DNA of 64,000 bases, from the IMG/VR virus record IMGVR_UViG_3300011815_000001; one strand, written 5' to 3'. The DNA comes from an uncultured virus (IMG/VR IMGVR_UViG_3300011815_000001) (taxonomy: Duplodnaviria > Heunggongvirae > Uroviricota > Caudoviricetes). The position numbers were made by a program, and so were the translations under genes. Under the pieces are notes generated by a model, which was not told the DNA's origin, did not search any database, and worked only from the letters and a program-made list of their open reading frames with translations. The stretch's first letter is position 1. Every line of letters begins with the position of its first letter. This document shows, piece by piece, positions 47,616 to 60,897 of the stretch.

Positions 47616-47813
47616 TTAATTAGTTGGTGTTGGTGTAGCTTCTACAATTTCCTCGAAATACTTTACTTGGAATTTGTTGAATCCAACATTTCCGTATGCT
47701 ACATATTCAACTGAACGATCATTTAATGACGCTACAATTTGTTTAGCATCGAAGCTATCAACTGATGCAATTACTTCTTTCCCATCGTGCATTGTAAATT
47801 TTACTTGTGACAT
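47616..47813 (-). CDS. Hypothetical protein
   Basis: RBS AAAGGAG. Confidence 0.65.
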   Translation of the reverse strand: MSQVKFTMHDGKEVIASVDSFDAKQIVASLNDRSVEYVAYGNVGFNKFQVKYFEEIVEATPTPTN

Positions 47814-47852
47814 TTACATTCTCCTTTTTTAAAAATATTATTTTTAACTTTA

Positions 47853-48992
47853 TTAGTAAATTGAATTTAGTGACTCCCTCAAACTGTTAAAATGTGAAGC
47901 AAAGATTAAATCATCTTTATACTTAAGAGGAGGAACACTAGTCATAGCTGACAACGCATGTCTAGCCTCATTTATAATTGCGGCAGTAATTATACTACCT
48001 GAATAAACAGTGGTGAAATTATAATTTTGATAGTTTTTGTATTGCCTAAATTGATTTATCCTTAAGCAGAAACTATTCCATTCTAAAGCAGTTAGCGAAA
48101 TTGGCTGACCAGCAGTTTTATCAGTATGCCAACGCCAATCATTCGGTCTAGCCACTTTATATGTTACTTGGACATCTTTTGTTGATGAATTTTCAGCCTC
48201 GTCATAAGCACTGACTCGCATATAATAATTACTGTTATGTACAAATTCATTTCCACTTGCATCAGTAGTAAAACTTCTAAAGTAGTTGGTTGTATATTGT
48301 TCGTTACCGAATGTATTACCATTACGACTACTAATCTGTGTTTTAAATGTGCTGTTATATCTTAATCCAGAACCATAATCATAAGCAGACCAATTTAACT
48401 GCATTTTACCGTTACCATCACCTGTTATAGATGATATTACTGGAGGTGTAAAATCTCCCGTTCTAGCAGAGACTTCTTGATAGCCTCCATTACCAGATTC
48501 ATTTTTACCGTATACTTTTACACGGTATGATGTATATTCTGATAAGCCACTGAAAATGTAGGAAGAAGAAGTAGTACCGTCACTTGCTACTAATCCATAA
48601 GAACCGTATAATTCTACTCTGAAAGTACTTGCTCCACTTCCGCCTGACCAAGCTACATGGAGATTGGGAGATAGTGATGATGGTTTAACCTCTAACCCAT
48701 AAATTGGCGAAGGCACAGGCATTGGCGCAACTGTTGTGAATCCACCAGAGCCACTGTCTGTACTTCCACCAATTGAACGAATGTTCCAAGATATAGAGTA
48801 GTAAGTTCCTGCCGACAGTCCTGCGACATCCCAACTTATTGAAGTAGAGGAGGCTGACGTCTTAGCGAGGTTAGGAGATGTTTTTCCATTACACGTAATA
48901 TAGATAGAAGAGTATGTTGTAGTGGTATTTAATTCGGTAACATAAAGAGTAGCTGAACTTTTTGTAATATTGGTAGCACGAATAGAAGCCAT
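47853..48992 (-). CDS. Fibronectin type III repeat tail protein
   Basis: GLSAGTYY, GLSEYTSYRVKV and RVSAYDEAEN FN3 signatures. Confidence 0.75.
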   Translation of the reverse strand: MASIRATNITKSSATLYVTELNTTTTYSSIYITCNGKTSPNLAKTSASSTSISWDVAGLSAGTYYSISWNIRSIGGSTDSGSGGFTTVAPMPVPSPIYGLEVKPSSLSPNLHVAWSGGSGASTFRVELYGSYGLVASDGTTSSSYIFSGLSEYTSYRVKVYGKNESGNGGYQEVSARTGDFTPPVISSITGDGNGKMQLNWSAYDYGSGLRYNSTFKTQISSRNGNTFGNEQYTTNYFRSFTTDASGNEFVHNSNYYMRVSAYDEAENSSTKDVQVTYKVARPNDWRWHTDKTAGQPISLTALEWNSFCLRINQFRQYKNYQNYNFTTVYSGSIITAAIINEARHALSAMTSVPPLKYKDDLIFASHFNSLRESLNSIY

Positions 48993-49005
48993 TTAACCAC
49001 ACTCC

Positions 49006-51858
49006 TTATCCAAACCTAGCTGTTAAATTAAGACCTATAACGTTTGCACCAGATAAATTTAGGTTTACTCCACTCATATCAACCGACCCGTTAAACTTTG
49101 AAAATGCTCCTATTGATACACGACTTGTAAGATTCAGCCATCCTGAAGTGTCTTGCATGATTTGAGTGTTGCCGAAATATATCCCTTTATGTACATCCGA
49201 TCTACTACCTGCTAGATATATTCCTGAACCAATACGCAGGTCTTCAGAAATATTGATGTTCCCACTTGTGATATTTCCTAGATTGGCACTAATGGAACTT
49301 AAATTGGTAGTTTCTATCATGTCTGCTCTAATCTTTAACGCTGTAATTTGGTCTGCCGTAATACGGATAGCGTTAATTGTATTAGCAGATAAGTCTCCAG
49401 TTACCGTTCCTGCGAATGTACCGCTCACGTTATCTAAGCTACCTTTTGCATACTCTAAGCGACCAGCAAACATACCATTACCATAAGTATCAATTTCAAA
49501 AGTTTTTGTCCCGCTTGAATTATACCCACGTAATCCATTTCCATCTAATACAATCCCTCTGTAACTTGAAGAAGATGTTCTAATGTCAATTGCTCCACCT
49601 TGTACATATAATCCTCGATAATCTAAGCGAGCGTAAGAAGATGATGATGCTGTGTATGCAGTAATACCACTATTATCTAATGTGAGAGCTGTTGGAAGGG
49701 GAGAGGTTAAACGTAAGTCTGAACGAATAGAAGTGTTAAGGGAGTTAGCATGTCCTTTTGCATTTCCTTCAGCAGAATCCCAAGCTTGCACAGCAGATTG
49801 GTTAATTTGTGATTTAGGTAGTCCATTAACAATATCGATTGCTCCGTCATGAACTTTTAATCCATACTTTGTGACATTGTTATGAGTGTATTGTCCCAAC
49901 TCAATTTTTAAATTTCTGTTAGCATCGAAATATTTAGCAGAAGTTCCATTAATATCGAATAAACCTTTATCGCTTTCAATATAGGTTTGATTAGACATCA
50001 AAATCTTACCGATTATACGTTCTGCATGAACGCCCCGTTTAGAGATGGCTACTGTTACAGTGTTACCCCCATCTGGTGTAATTGCGAGTAAACCGTTGTT
50101 TATAACCATGAAAGTTTTTTCATCATTCAAGTCACGGTTATATAAGCCACGTTCATTAATTTCAACGGAATTTTCCGTACCACCTAGTAATACATTTTTA
50201 GCAGTGTCGTACTCCATATTTAACAGTTGATTGACAGTAGTATTTAAGTTCTCTGCTTCATTCCACTTCAACATATTCATATCTACACTAGTTGTCGTAC
50301 TGATTGCATTATTTAGACGTTTAGCAAATTTAAAATCATCATCAGTAGCTCCTCTTACATTTGCTACAGTTAGGTTGATTTTCTTGCTTGTAACTTCATA
50401 TGTAATCTGAGTGATACTAGCCTTAACATCAACTTTTAGTCTTTCAGATTTTAATCTCAACGTGTCACCAATTTTAATTTTCTTAACTAAATTAGTGTCA
50501 AATGACTTGTAGAATGTTTCAATTGAAAGTGTTAGCGAAAGGGGAGGTTGAAGGTAGTCTTCGAATACAGTTTTAGCTTCTTTTAATAAATCTTCTGGAT
50601 CAATAATTGAGGTATTAGAATACTCTTTATCACGTACATACGGAACTAACTCATCTAGTTCTGCAACAGTGAAGTTGTTTTCCATTTGAGTAGATTTTGC
50701 TAAATTATTTAGGCTAGATTCGATTGTACTCAGTTGATTCTTGAGACTTGAAATTGTTTGCTTTTGTGAATTGATTTGTTGTTGCTTAGAAGATTGACGA
50801 GAAATAGCAGAAGAGTGTTCGGGCTTACTTGAAGCAGAATCTTGATAGGTTGCATTCAGTACATCGATTTCATTTTGAATGATTCGCAGTTCAGATTCCA
50901 GTGTACTTAATGTTTGTTCAGCAGTAGTTATTTCAGCTTCTTTATTGGTTTTATTCGTAGTTAGTGTTCCAAATTGAGTTTTAACATTATCTAATAGCTT
51001 GTAGTATTTAGTTAAAGCAATACACAAACTGTCTTCCATGAATAAGGAGTGAGATATTACATTGTAATTAGCATCACATTCAAACCCTTGCATAAACCAA
51101 CTGAAATCCTCTAAATAGTTTGAACCAGTAGGAGACAGTGAACGGAATGATAAGTTATCTTCTCCATAAGCATACAATCGAGTTGCTACGTTTTCATCGT
51201 CAAAAGTTAAGTTGAATGATTCAAGGTTAATACCTTCCTTAAAAGTAAGTCCTCGATTGATTCCGATATTTTTATCTTTTTTGAATGACAATTTGCGATT
51301 TACAGAATCAAATTCAACTACACAATTAAATTTCTCAGCAATATCAAAGATTGCTTGCAGAATAGTAGAAGATGAGATTTGTACGGATCGACGCAATAAC
51401 TCTACATCTCCATCAATAAAATCAATACTCCAATTCGTTCCGTAGAGAACATCATTAATAATAGTTCGAATAGATTTAGCTGTTTCATCATATGAGCGAA
51501 TCATTTTTAATCCAAGTTCAAATCCTAATGAATAACATTCAATCTGCATATTATCATCACTAGTTGACGAATTTTTATTTCGTTTAACTACTGTGAAATA
51601 TTCAATTTGTCCGTCCATTTCCACTTTAATTAAGTATGCACCCATTAACTTTTCAATAAGAGGATTCTCTATGTATGTATGCTCACGTTCAATTACTGTC
51701 GGGATAGTAAACGAAAGTGTGTTGATTCCACCTTTTATCACAGTAATTGAATCATTGTAAATATCCTTGATAGGGGAGATAACCTTTTTATTAGGTCTGC
51801 ATAGCCAATATTTTACATCTGGAAAATTACTTTCTTTTTCAATATAACCAAATTGCAT
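49006..51858 (-). CDS. Tail spike / Tal (prophage endopeptidase tail family)
   Basis: TRLYAYG, NYLEDFSWF and GDT motifs; lies after Dit. Confidence 0.8.
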   Translation of the reverse strand: MQFGYIEKESNFPDVKYWLCRPNKKVISPIKDIYNDSITVIKGGINTLSFTIPTVIEREHTYIENPLIEKLMGAYLIKVEMDGQIEYFTVVKRNKNSSTSDDNMQIECYSLGFELGLKMIRSYDETAKSIRTIINDVLYGTNWSIDFIDGDVELLRRSVQISSSTILQAIFDIAEKFNCVVEFDSVNRKLSFKKDKNIGINRGLTFKEGINLESFNLTFDDENVATRLYAYGEDNLSFRSLSPTGSNYLEDFSWFMQGFECDANYNVISHSLFMEDSLCIALTKYYKLLDNVKTQFGTLTTNKTNKEAEITTAEQTLSTLESELRIIQNEIDVLNATYQDSASSKPEHSSAISRQSSKQQQINSQKQTISSLKNQLSTIESSLNNLAKSTQMENNFTVAELDELVPYVRDKEYSNTSIIDPEDLLKEAKTVFEDYLQPPLSLTLSIETFYKSFDTNLVKKIKIGDTLRLKSERLKVDVKASITQITYEVTSKKINLTVANVRGATDDDFKFAKRLNNAISTTTSVDMNMLKWNEAENLNTTVNQLLNMEYDTAKNVLLGGTENSVEINERGLYNRDLNDEKTFMVINNGLLAITPDGGNTVTVAISKRGVHAERIIGKILMSNQTYIESDKGLFDINGTSAKYFDANRNLKIELGQYTHNNVTKYGLKVHDGAIDIVNGLPKSQINQSAVQAWDSAEGNAKGHANSLNTSIRSDLRLTSPLPTALTLDNSGITAYTASSSSYARLDYRGLYVQGGAIDIRTSSSSYRGIVLDGNGLRGYNSSGTKTFEIDTYGNGMFAGRLEYAKGSLDNVSGTFAGTVTGDLSANTINAIRITADQITALKIRADMIETTNLSSISANLGNITSGNINISEDLRIGSGIYLAGSRSDVHKGIYFGNTQIMQDTSGWLNLTSRVSIGAFSKFNGSVDMSGVNLNLSGANVIGLNLTARFG

Positions 51859-51871
51859 ACCGTTTCACCTC

Positions 51872-52657
51872 CTATCTAGTTTCTGCGGTATAAATTAGTC
51901 GGTATCTAAATTCGATATTAAAATCACCTTTAAAAGTGAAAGTTGTATGTACATGAGGATTCCAATCTAACCAAACATCATTATGATTATCGAATAGGTA
52001 ACGGTTAGTTGATTCTTGAAAATTACTTTCAATTTCTTCATATAAGCAATTCACTTTAACTTTCTCATTGTTCCATAGCCCAGTGATTTTAAATTCCTGT
52101 CCATTTTCTTCATTCTTAATTGAAACATCACCATTTCCAATCTTAGTGATTTCAAGATAAGGGCGAATTGTTTTACTTCCATAGTTAATTAAATCTAATG
52201 TAGATGTACCTCTAACTTGTAACTGTTCAGTGTAATTTGAAGAACGTCCATAAGGGGACATAGTTTTCATTGTCATAGTTGCATATCCATCTTTAAGTCC
52301 ATTGTGAAGTAAATCAGATGAACCCTCTATAATGACATCGAAAATACGTTCAGGATCATTGTTTACCCAAAATTCGCAATAGCTATCTTGGTCTAACCAT
52401 TCTGTAATACTTGCGAGATTGTTTAATTCACGCCAACCGTCTATATAAATAGAAAAAGGGAACGAGATTTGTTCTCGTTCCACTCCTTTAAAATAAATTC
52501 GATTGCCAATTTTTGTTTCGTTTATTTTTCTATTGGGAAGGAAAATGTCTTTGTACAGTCCACTTCCACTATTAATCATAGTTACTCCCATACTTTCCGA
52601 GTCAATACCATTAAAGGTAAATGAGGTGTTCTCCAACATTTTATAGACCTCCTCCAA
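51872..52657 (-). CDS. Distal tail protein (Dit)
   Basis: FTFNGIDS..MGV, SPY and LINYG motifs; lies after the tape measure gene. Confidence 0.8.
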   Translation of the reverse strand: MEEVYKMLENTSFTFNGIDSESMGVTMINSGSGLYKDIFLPNRKINETKIGNRIYFKGVEREQISFPFSIYIDGWRELNNLASITEWLDQDSYCEFWVNNDPERIFDVIIEGSSDLLHNGLKDGYATMTMKTMSPYGRSSNYTEQLQVRGTSTLDLINYGSKTIRPYLEITKIGNGDVSIKNEENGQEFKITGLWNNEKVKVNCLYEEIESNFQESTNRYLFDNHNDVWLDWNPHVHTTFTFKGDFNIEFRYRLIYTAETR

Positions 52658-55600
52658 ATCTAGTTTTCATTGTTGTATTAATTTTCGATAAAATACCATT
52701 TGCTTCTTGCTCTGTTCCGTACATTTTGTCAATATTGAAATTAATCTCTACTCCATCGCCACTGTTAGCAGGGGAGAATAGAGAGTTTAATTTCGGTAGA
52801 GAAATCATACTTGCAACACGTTCCATAATACTAGACGCAACAACCATATTCTTAGAATCAATTGGATTAGAAATGATTTCTTCAGGGTGTACAATTATAC
52901 CTCGTCCACCTTTTCCATCTATACCGCCAGTTGCTCTAGGAATCATACCTCCAACAGAAAGGGAAGCCGAAGATGAAAGCAACTGTTTTACATAATTGCG
53001 AATGTAATCTTGTAGTGCTGGTGTAGAAACAATACTGCCTGCACGAGAATTAATGTATGCGGATAGAGCTTCTTTATCTTCTTTCGAAAGTCCAGAAACT
53101 ACAGATTGTAAAGATTCATTAGCCCCAATTGTTGAACCTGCTTTACGACCACTAGATGCAATCTCATAAGCCTTGTTTTTAATTGTAGCTTTACGTTTAG
53201 CATCCGTTTCTTCATTAGCAAGAGATTCAGTCATGAATTTACCTAGTAATACCTGCATGTCTCCGTTAGATAAAGTTGATTTACCTGAACCTGTTGGGGA
53301 AGATACAGAACCAGAACCCATAGTGCTATGAGAATTAGTAACAGCTTGCTTTGATTCAAATTCAGCTAACATATCTAGAGCTCTCTGTAAATTATCAATA
53401 ATATTTACACGAATGGATGTACCTACAGCTCCCATTGTTCCATCCATCGTATCTTCAAGAGAAGGTAGGCTTGCATTCAACTCGTCAATAAATCCACCGA
53501 ATTCTTTCTCAATGTTATCGAAGTTTTTATTCATAATATCTTCACGAAGTTTGGCAAATTTACGCTCATCATTAATAAGATCGTTGTAATATTTACCCCA
53601 ATATTCTTTCTGACGGTCAATATTGTCGATTACACTTTCATATCTTTCCGTTTCAATATCTTGCATACCTTGACTTTCTTCTTCCTTCAACTCTAACATT
53701 TCATTTAAAGCATCTGTCTGAAGTTGGATATCTCTGTCGTGTCGTTTTTCAGCGATATCCTTGTCAATCTTGTCAAGTTGTTCCTGTAACTTCTTACGTT
53801 CAGCTTTACCTTCATGAGAGTTATCAAATTGAACTTCATTCAACTTTTTAGCGACTTTAGAACGCTCGGATTCCATTTCAGAAACTTCCATATTGTAATC
53901 ACGTTCAGATTCCTGTTTATTGATTAAATCAATTTTCTCCTGAACACTCTTACGATACAGATTCATCTCATCTTCAATTTCTTTCATGCGAGCCTGATGT
54001 GCTTTTTCTTCAGCTCTACGTTCAGATTCAAGACTTTCCATATGAATATCTTGTTTTTCTGAATATACATCTTTATAGTTGCTGATGATCTCATCTGCCA
54101 TATTGCTTAAAATTGCTTTTTGAGAATCTTCTAATGCTTTAGTCATGGCTTTTTCAGCAGACAGGGAATTCCAATATGCAACTGACAAGTTCTGTAAATC
54201 AGCAGTTAATTCTTTAACTCCTTCAGCAGTCAAGCTACGAGCAGTTATGTCTTTTTGTAAGTCATCATATTGCTGTTTGTAAAGCTTCGTCAGTTCCTTC
54301 TGTAAGTCAATTTCTTCTTCAGCTAATTCTACCCAATCCCCAGAACCTTCATCATATAAGGACTGAATTGCCTTAGCTCGACTCATTTGATACTCAACAT
54401 CACTAATTAATTCATCTGATTGTGTTTTGATGTTCTTCAGAATTTCAAGATTAGTATTCTTGATTTCAATCTGAGTAGCCTTCATCTCAGTGTTTAATGC
54501 CGCATATCTGTCTTTAAGATTATCTAGTGCATCGCCTTGATATTTACCACTACTAATTGCTGACTGTAGATACTTCAACTCTTGCTGATTCGTAACTTGC
54601 TTCTTATTCATGTATTTAACCATGTTTTCAAGTGTAGCAGTGTATCGAGCTGAATTTGTATCAAGTTCTTGTATTTTAGTTGACTCGTAATCTAAACTAG
54701 CGTCATATAGGCTTCGCTTTCGGTCAAACTTCGCTAAATCAGCTTCAATCAACATTACTTTTTCTAGATTTTCAATCATTTTTTCTTGAGCAAGAATATT
54801 TTGCTGATTTGTAATTTGCTCCGATTTAGCGTTGTCAAGTGCTTGTTGTTTCTCAGCTTTAATTTGACTAGCACTTTTCTCATTTGAGGCAGTAGTAGTT
54901 GAAGAAGTAACGACTTTGTTGTTCTTTGCAGATTTAACATAAGTAGAAGGATCAATATATTTACCGTTTTTGTCCTGTACCCCATAGTGTAAGTGAGAAC
55001 CTGTAACTCGACCAGTTTTACCAATATTACCGATTTGAGTACCAGCTTCAACCATATCACCTAATTTAACGAATGCTTTATCTAAGTGAGCGTAGAAGTG
55101 TTTGAATCCGTTTGAATCTTGAATCTTTACATAGTTACCAGAAACACTGTTGTAACCTTGAGAAACAACTTTACCATTTACGTTTGAATCTAAGCGAGTT
55201 CCTCTTTTACCTGCAATATCAATACCTTCGTGCATTTTGTATACGCCAAGAGTAGGGTGCATACGCATTCCGAATCCTGAAGTTGTACTGCCTGACCAAC
55301 CATTTAATTTCTTGGGTGTAGATTTTGTAGTAGTTTTAGTAGTCGAAGAAGGAGTGACATCGATAATTCCAGTTTCCTTGATATTCCCTGATTTAATTTG
55401 CTTATTAAGTTCAGCTTGTTGAGATTTAAGGATGGATAATTTTTCTTTTTCAAGTTTAATTTGAGTTAGAAGAGATTTACGATACTCATCAGAATATTTA
55501 GGGAATTTATCTTGAAGATTCTGTTGCTTTTCAATTTCAAGGTTAATTTTTTCGAGAGCTTGCTTGTATTTATCTGAAATGTAGATGGATTCCTTGGCGT

Positions 55601-58600
55601 TTTTGGTAGATTCTTTGGTTGTTTTTTCAGATGCTTTAGAAGATTTTTTACTTGTGTCGTTAATTGCCGTGTTTATAGCTTTTAGACTTCCAACAGAAGT
55701 AGTTAACTGTGATTGAAGACCGTTTAATTCTGAAGTTCGACTACTGATTGAGGAGTTGTTGTTTTCAATCAGACTTCCGCCACGCATTGCCGCCTTACCT
55801 TCATTGTCTAACCTACGTCTATAATCTTCGTCTGTTTCTCCAGCTTGCCTAGCTGTTTTTAAATTATTTACGTATTTTTGCAACTCTTGGTTAAGAATAT
55901 CCATAGCCTGAATTTCAGCTTTAATGTTGTCGATACGAGCTTTTGTGGCAGTAGCTTGTGCTAAAGTCATAGCTTGTTCAGCACTATATTTACCTTCAGA
56001 TGATAATTTATAGGCTTCAAGTAAAACTTTGTTAGCTTCCTGTTCTGACTTCATCGCTTTTACTTGTTCTGCGGATAGACTGATCTGACCCTTTTGTAGT
56101 TTAGCAAATTGAGGATAAAGGACACTTAACTGTGCAATTGTATCTCCACGCTCTTGCATTGCTTGCACAAGGAATTTTTCTTCGTTTGACAGATTCTGCT
56201 TACTCAAAATAGCTTGTAGCTCTTGGTCAGATAATCCGTTTAGACGACTTGTAAGAGTGTCATACATGAAGATTAATTCTTCACTAGACTTAACATGGTT
56301 ATAAGAAGTGCCTGTTAACTGCTCTTCTACTGATTTTAGTTCAAGTATCGACTCAGCTAATTTAGTAACTGCATCTTCCGCAGAGTTGGCAGAACCGTTT
56401 ACTGCATTTAATTCGTCAATAGATGTATCGATAAATCCATTGCCACTATTAATAGCTTCTCCTAAACCTTCATAGGTTAGAGCGAATCCGTCTATATCCT
56501 CTTCAAAGTTTTTTGATACACTTGCTAAGTTATTTATTTCGTCAATAGTAGATTTAAATAATCCAGCATCTTTTGTATCCATCGCTTGCTGTAGTTTAAC
56601 TTGAAAATTACCAATTGCATTCGAAAAGGCATTTAATTCGTCTTCGTTTAAATTTGATAAATCTAAGCTACTTACAAACCCTTTGACACTCGAAGAAAGA
56701 TTATCGTCAATATCAGTATCGTTTAAGGCAGAAATTGCATCAACAATTACATATATTTTGTCCTTAATCTGTTCACTCGCAGTTTGATACTGAGCTTGAA
56801 GATTAATTAACTTAACCTCTTGCTCGGAAGTATCTAAACCTCTTTTACTTAAACCTTCGATTGCCATTTTTGTATTCTTAATTTGTTCTTCAAGGTCTCC
56901 ATAAAGGAAGTTTTTCATAGAGCCGAAAGCTCCACCATCAATTTCTGTTTTTAAATTTTTAAATTCTTCAGAAGCACTAGCTAAAGTTAATCGATTCTGT
57001 GCATCAATAAGTTTTTCAGTAGCTTCAATTTCTTTTTTGATTAAATCTTCGTTTTTCAGATGAGCTTGTCCAGTTGAATCTATCTTATCAATTAAAGCGG
57101 GGAATACTTCGGATAATGATTGTTGGACTTGAAGGTACTCTTTTTCTTTTTCGCTGTCCCAATCATCAGAATCCTCTCTTGCTTTGCGTAGTGATATATA
57201 TGAATCAATTAATTCTTCAGTAGACTCTTTATTTAAAGTCATTGCTTCAATATTTTGCTTGTTGTATCTATCAATAGCTTCTTGTTCCTGAATCATATCA
57301 GACATTGCGCCAGTAACTTTTTCGATAGCAAATCCAAGAGCGGCAAATACAGCTCCAATTCCTAGTGCAAATCCTAGCGACTTAAGGGCAGTACTTGCTA
57401 GTGCTGTTGATGCTGATAAAGCTGTCATACCTCTTGCTAATAAACCTGTTGATCCAGTTGCGGCTACATTTGCCGCCGCAGTTGCATATGTAGTTGTTAC
57501 AAGAGTTCTCAAATTTCCGCTTAGTGCATATGCCGCAACTCCAATCATCCCAAATAGGGGAGCGAAAGCACCAATGCTAGACACAACACCTGAGCCCGAA
57601 TCTGTTAGTTTGTTTAATCCTTCTGTAATTACGACAATTGAATCATAAAGAACACTTTCTCCAACTGAGCTTGCCAATCCATATGTGGCATTAGATAGTC
57701 GGTTTATTCTTGCCTCAAGAGATTCGTTGTATTTAATTTGCTCACTAGCCGCAGAGTTAAAGCTATTCATTGATGCGGTTGTGGCATCTTGTCCCATTTT
57801 GTGATTTATCATCAAAGCGTTAACATTCTGTTACTTTCATTTATTTAATATAAATAAATTACTGACTATTCGTTTTTGAATAGCGGGAAGGGTTCTTCAT
57901 TATGTCTCACGACAACAGAGTCTGATTACTCTCGACCTTTCCTCTGCATCTTCATATTTGAAATTAGTTATTAATGCAGTTCAGACTATATCTTCATCCT
58001 CGCCTTTACGTTAGGATGCTGTACGTGTAGTCGTTACGGATAAATGTTATATTGCAAATATCTTATAATTTTAAGGTGTATGTTGCTTTTATAACAAGTC
58101 TTTCCTCGGAATTATCTTCTTCAAGACTTTTTCCGATATAGTACAGTTTTTCCCTATACTTTCGAAATAGGGGAGGCTACTTATTTACCTCGATAATTGA
58201 TAAATCCCAGCTACATTTACTGACGTATTCTGCTGTTGGGCTTTAGATAAAGAGTTCCATTTACCTGCTAGTTCATTAATAATATCTGAAACAGGTCTAA
58301 CATTACCTTCCATGTCTTTAATGGAGATTCCCACTTCATTAAGAGCGCCAATAGCACTGCTGTTTGTTGTCATTCGTGACATAATAGTTTTTAAACTATT
58401 TCCGACGATATTTCCGGATTCTCGTGTCGCACTACCGATAGCGGTAGTATAACCGAGTAATTCATCCAAACTTACGCCGAAGGTTTTGGCGGTGGAACTA
58501 GCTTTATTTAAACTCAAACTCAAATCGCGGGTCGTAATTGCAAAGTTGTTATCTACCTCATTTAATTTATCTGCAATTTGAACGGAATCTTTGGCTTCGA

Positions 58601-60839
58601 TATTAAAAGCAATCATTGCCGCAGTTAGTGAGTTAAATGCTTCATCAGGAGTTAGTTCAGAAATATTTTGCAACATAGTAGCTGTATTTGCCATATCTAA
58701 GCTTTCTACATCATCTAGACCTGTACGACCAAACTCTCCAACAATTTTCAAATAATCTCCAGTTTTTGCTGATAAGCTGTCGACATTTTCAATGGACTTT
58801 TCTAGCATTTCATTAAATTTATGGTCAGGTAAATCCATGACTCTTCGAAGCGATACCATTGCAGTATCTAATTCAATTACTTTTTCAGTTAAATCTTGAA
58901 CTCCACGTATCGATCCGAAAAACAAAGTCGATGCCGCCATCCAACAAATTATATTAATATAGTTTCGCTACGACTATATAGTGTTTGATTGTCTCTCGAC
59001 AATTTCTCGCACTGCTCATACTTTCATATGAGATTAGACTATATCATCATGTAAAATACATGCTCTCCGCTTCCGATACCAAAGCTTGTACCGTATGCCT
59101 ATTTAAAATAGGTCTTACTAGTCGTTGAAGGTTTCTCTATTCGAGACTTCCTTGCTGATTGCCCAATCTATTTATTTTTTAAGCATTCACGCTTAGGCGT
59201 ATTTCATCCTTACGTTGTAGCATAAACAGCTCTAAGGGGTTTCCAGCAGTTCAAAGAGTTTTATTCCCACTTGGTAGTTAATGGGAAATCTTTCCATTGC
59301 GATTCGAAACGCATTAATGACACCGAGAGAGTCCCTAGAACCCGTTGTTGCATCGCTATTTATTTGGCGTATACGGGTCTCTATTCCTCTTAGTTCTTGG
59401 TTATAAGCTCTTACTTGGTTGGTGTTTGTGAATAGTGGTACATCTGACAACCGCTCTATTTCTTGTCTTACACTTGCTACTGCGGTTTTATCCACTGTTC
59501 TCTTATATGCGTTTTCTACTCTAGTTAGTGCGGCGGCAAGTTTATCAGCCTCATTCTTTGCTTTAGCCATGCTTTCCATCATCTTATTCGTGTGTTTAGC
59601 ATCGCTTAGTTTAGCATTTAACTGTGAAACTTCTTCCTTTAACCTACGGACTTTTACATCTAAAGTTAAGTCCGCTCTATTAAGAAAGTTAACACTGTTT
59701 CTAACCGCATCTATTGAATTAGCAGTCATTAACCCACTGCGTTCAGCCGAAAGCAACACATTATTAAATGATTTAAACGCAGTCTCAAATGAAGCAGTAT
59801 TATTTTTCAACGCACTCATTTTAGAAGATAGGTTACTAAAGGCTTCATTGGTTCTAATTATTTGAGAATCATTTGTAATTTTGATATTAGACATTGAGCG
59901 CATCTTATTAATTAAAACGTCAAACTCTTTTGTATTTAACCCAGATAATGATGCAGATTGTTTTAATCTTTCTAGTTCAACAATAGCTTCCTTCGATTGA
60001 TTTCGTATATTGTTTGTAGCATTAGTCCATTTAGATGAGTGAGACTCAATTTGCCCCATTTGTTTCATTTTAGATAATAGCTTGTCTAAGTCTTCTGTAG
60101 TAAAAGCATTGTTAAGCTGTGATTTTAGGCTACTCAAACTTTTCTCTGATAATTTTCCTTGTCTTGCAAACTCATCTAGTTTGAGTTTTGCTTCATTAGC
60201 TTTTTTGTTAAAGTTGTCAAAGATACTGCTATCCAGTACTTTAGTTGCTTCTTTTAAACCTTTAACACCTAACCCACTATCACCCATTTTAATATCAACA
60301 GTCGGACGATACACTCTTTTTTCGAGTTGACCTAATTCGTTTTTAATAACAGTAACTACTTCTTTAACCTTACCTGTCGTGCTGTCATCAACAACTTTGA
60401 TTCTACCGTTTGATTTTGCTATTTCGGTATTCAATTCTGCTACAGATTTTAAAGCTCGATTAGCTCCATCCTCGGTAGGGGAGAAGGGACTTTGTGAAGG
60501 TTTGACTCCTCCGCCACCAAATCCTTTCAATTTACCTTCCAGTTCTCTAATTTTACCCTGTAAAGAACTGATCTGTTTTTCCATCTCGGCAAACATTTTA
60601 TTGTCAACTGGATTTGACTTCACATTTAATGAAACGTCTAGTTGTGGTAGGTTCGTTTGAATAGATGAAATATGTTTCTTTAAGTTTTTAACAGAAGCAT
60701 CTCTGTCCAAGCCTAATATTACGTTTAAATTAGGAAGATTGCTCTTCTCTAAATTTTCCATCTGTCTCTTTAAATTTCTCGAGCTTTCTTGGGTTGCAAG
60801 ACCAAGTGTTACCAAAAGCTCAATATATGAATTTGACAT
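52641..60839 (-). CDS. Tail tape measure protein, 2499 aa after splicing (exons 60839-59281, 58944-58187, 57823-52641), with M23 domain
   Basis: Exons sum to 7500 nt; junctions read ERFPI-WMAAST and QLSR-FNALM; TMP core DKLNEVDNNF...GNSLKT; M23 motifs HEGID and HLH. Confidence 0.9.
57824..58186 (-). ncRNA. Group I intron 2 in the tape measure gene, 363 nt, ORF-less
   Basis: P1 GAGGU/GCCUC with U-G at the splice site; GTAACGACTA and AAGATATAGTCT core elements; terminal G. Confidence 0.9.
58945..59280 (-). ncRNA. Group I intron 1 in the tape measure gene, 336 nt, ORF-less
   Basis: P1 UUCCCAU/GUGGGAA; AACTGCTGGAA, AATCAGCA, TTCAACGACTA and GATATAGTCT core elements; terminal G. Confidence 0.92.
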
Positions 60840-60897
60840 AATTTACCTCCTATAAATAAAATAAAAGAGTTAATTATGTCAATTAACTCTCAATCTG

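Noticed and set aside
58185..60839. ORFs 58185..58940 and 59232..60839 as separate genes or a TMP pseudogene
   Set aside because: Explained as exons separated by group I introns with exact frame restoration.
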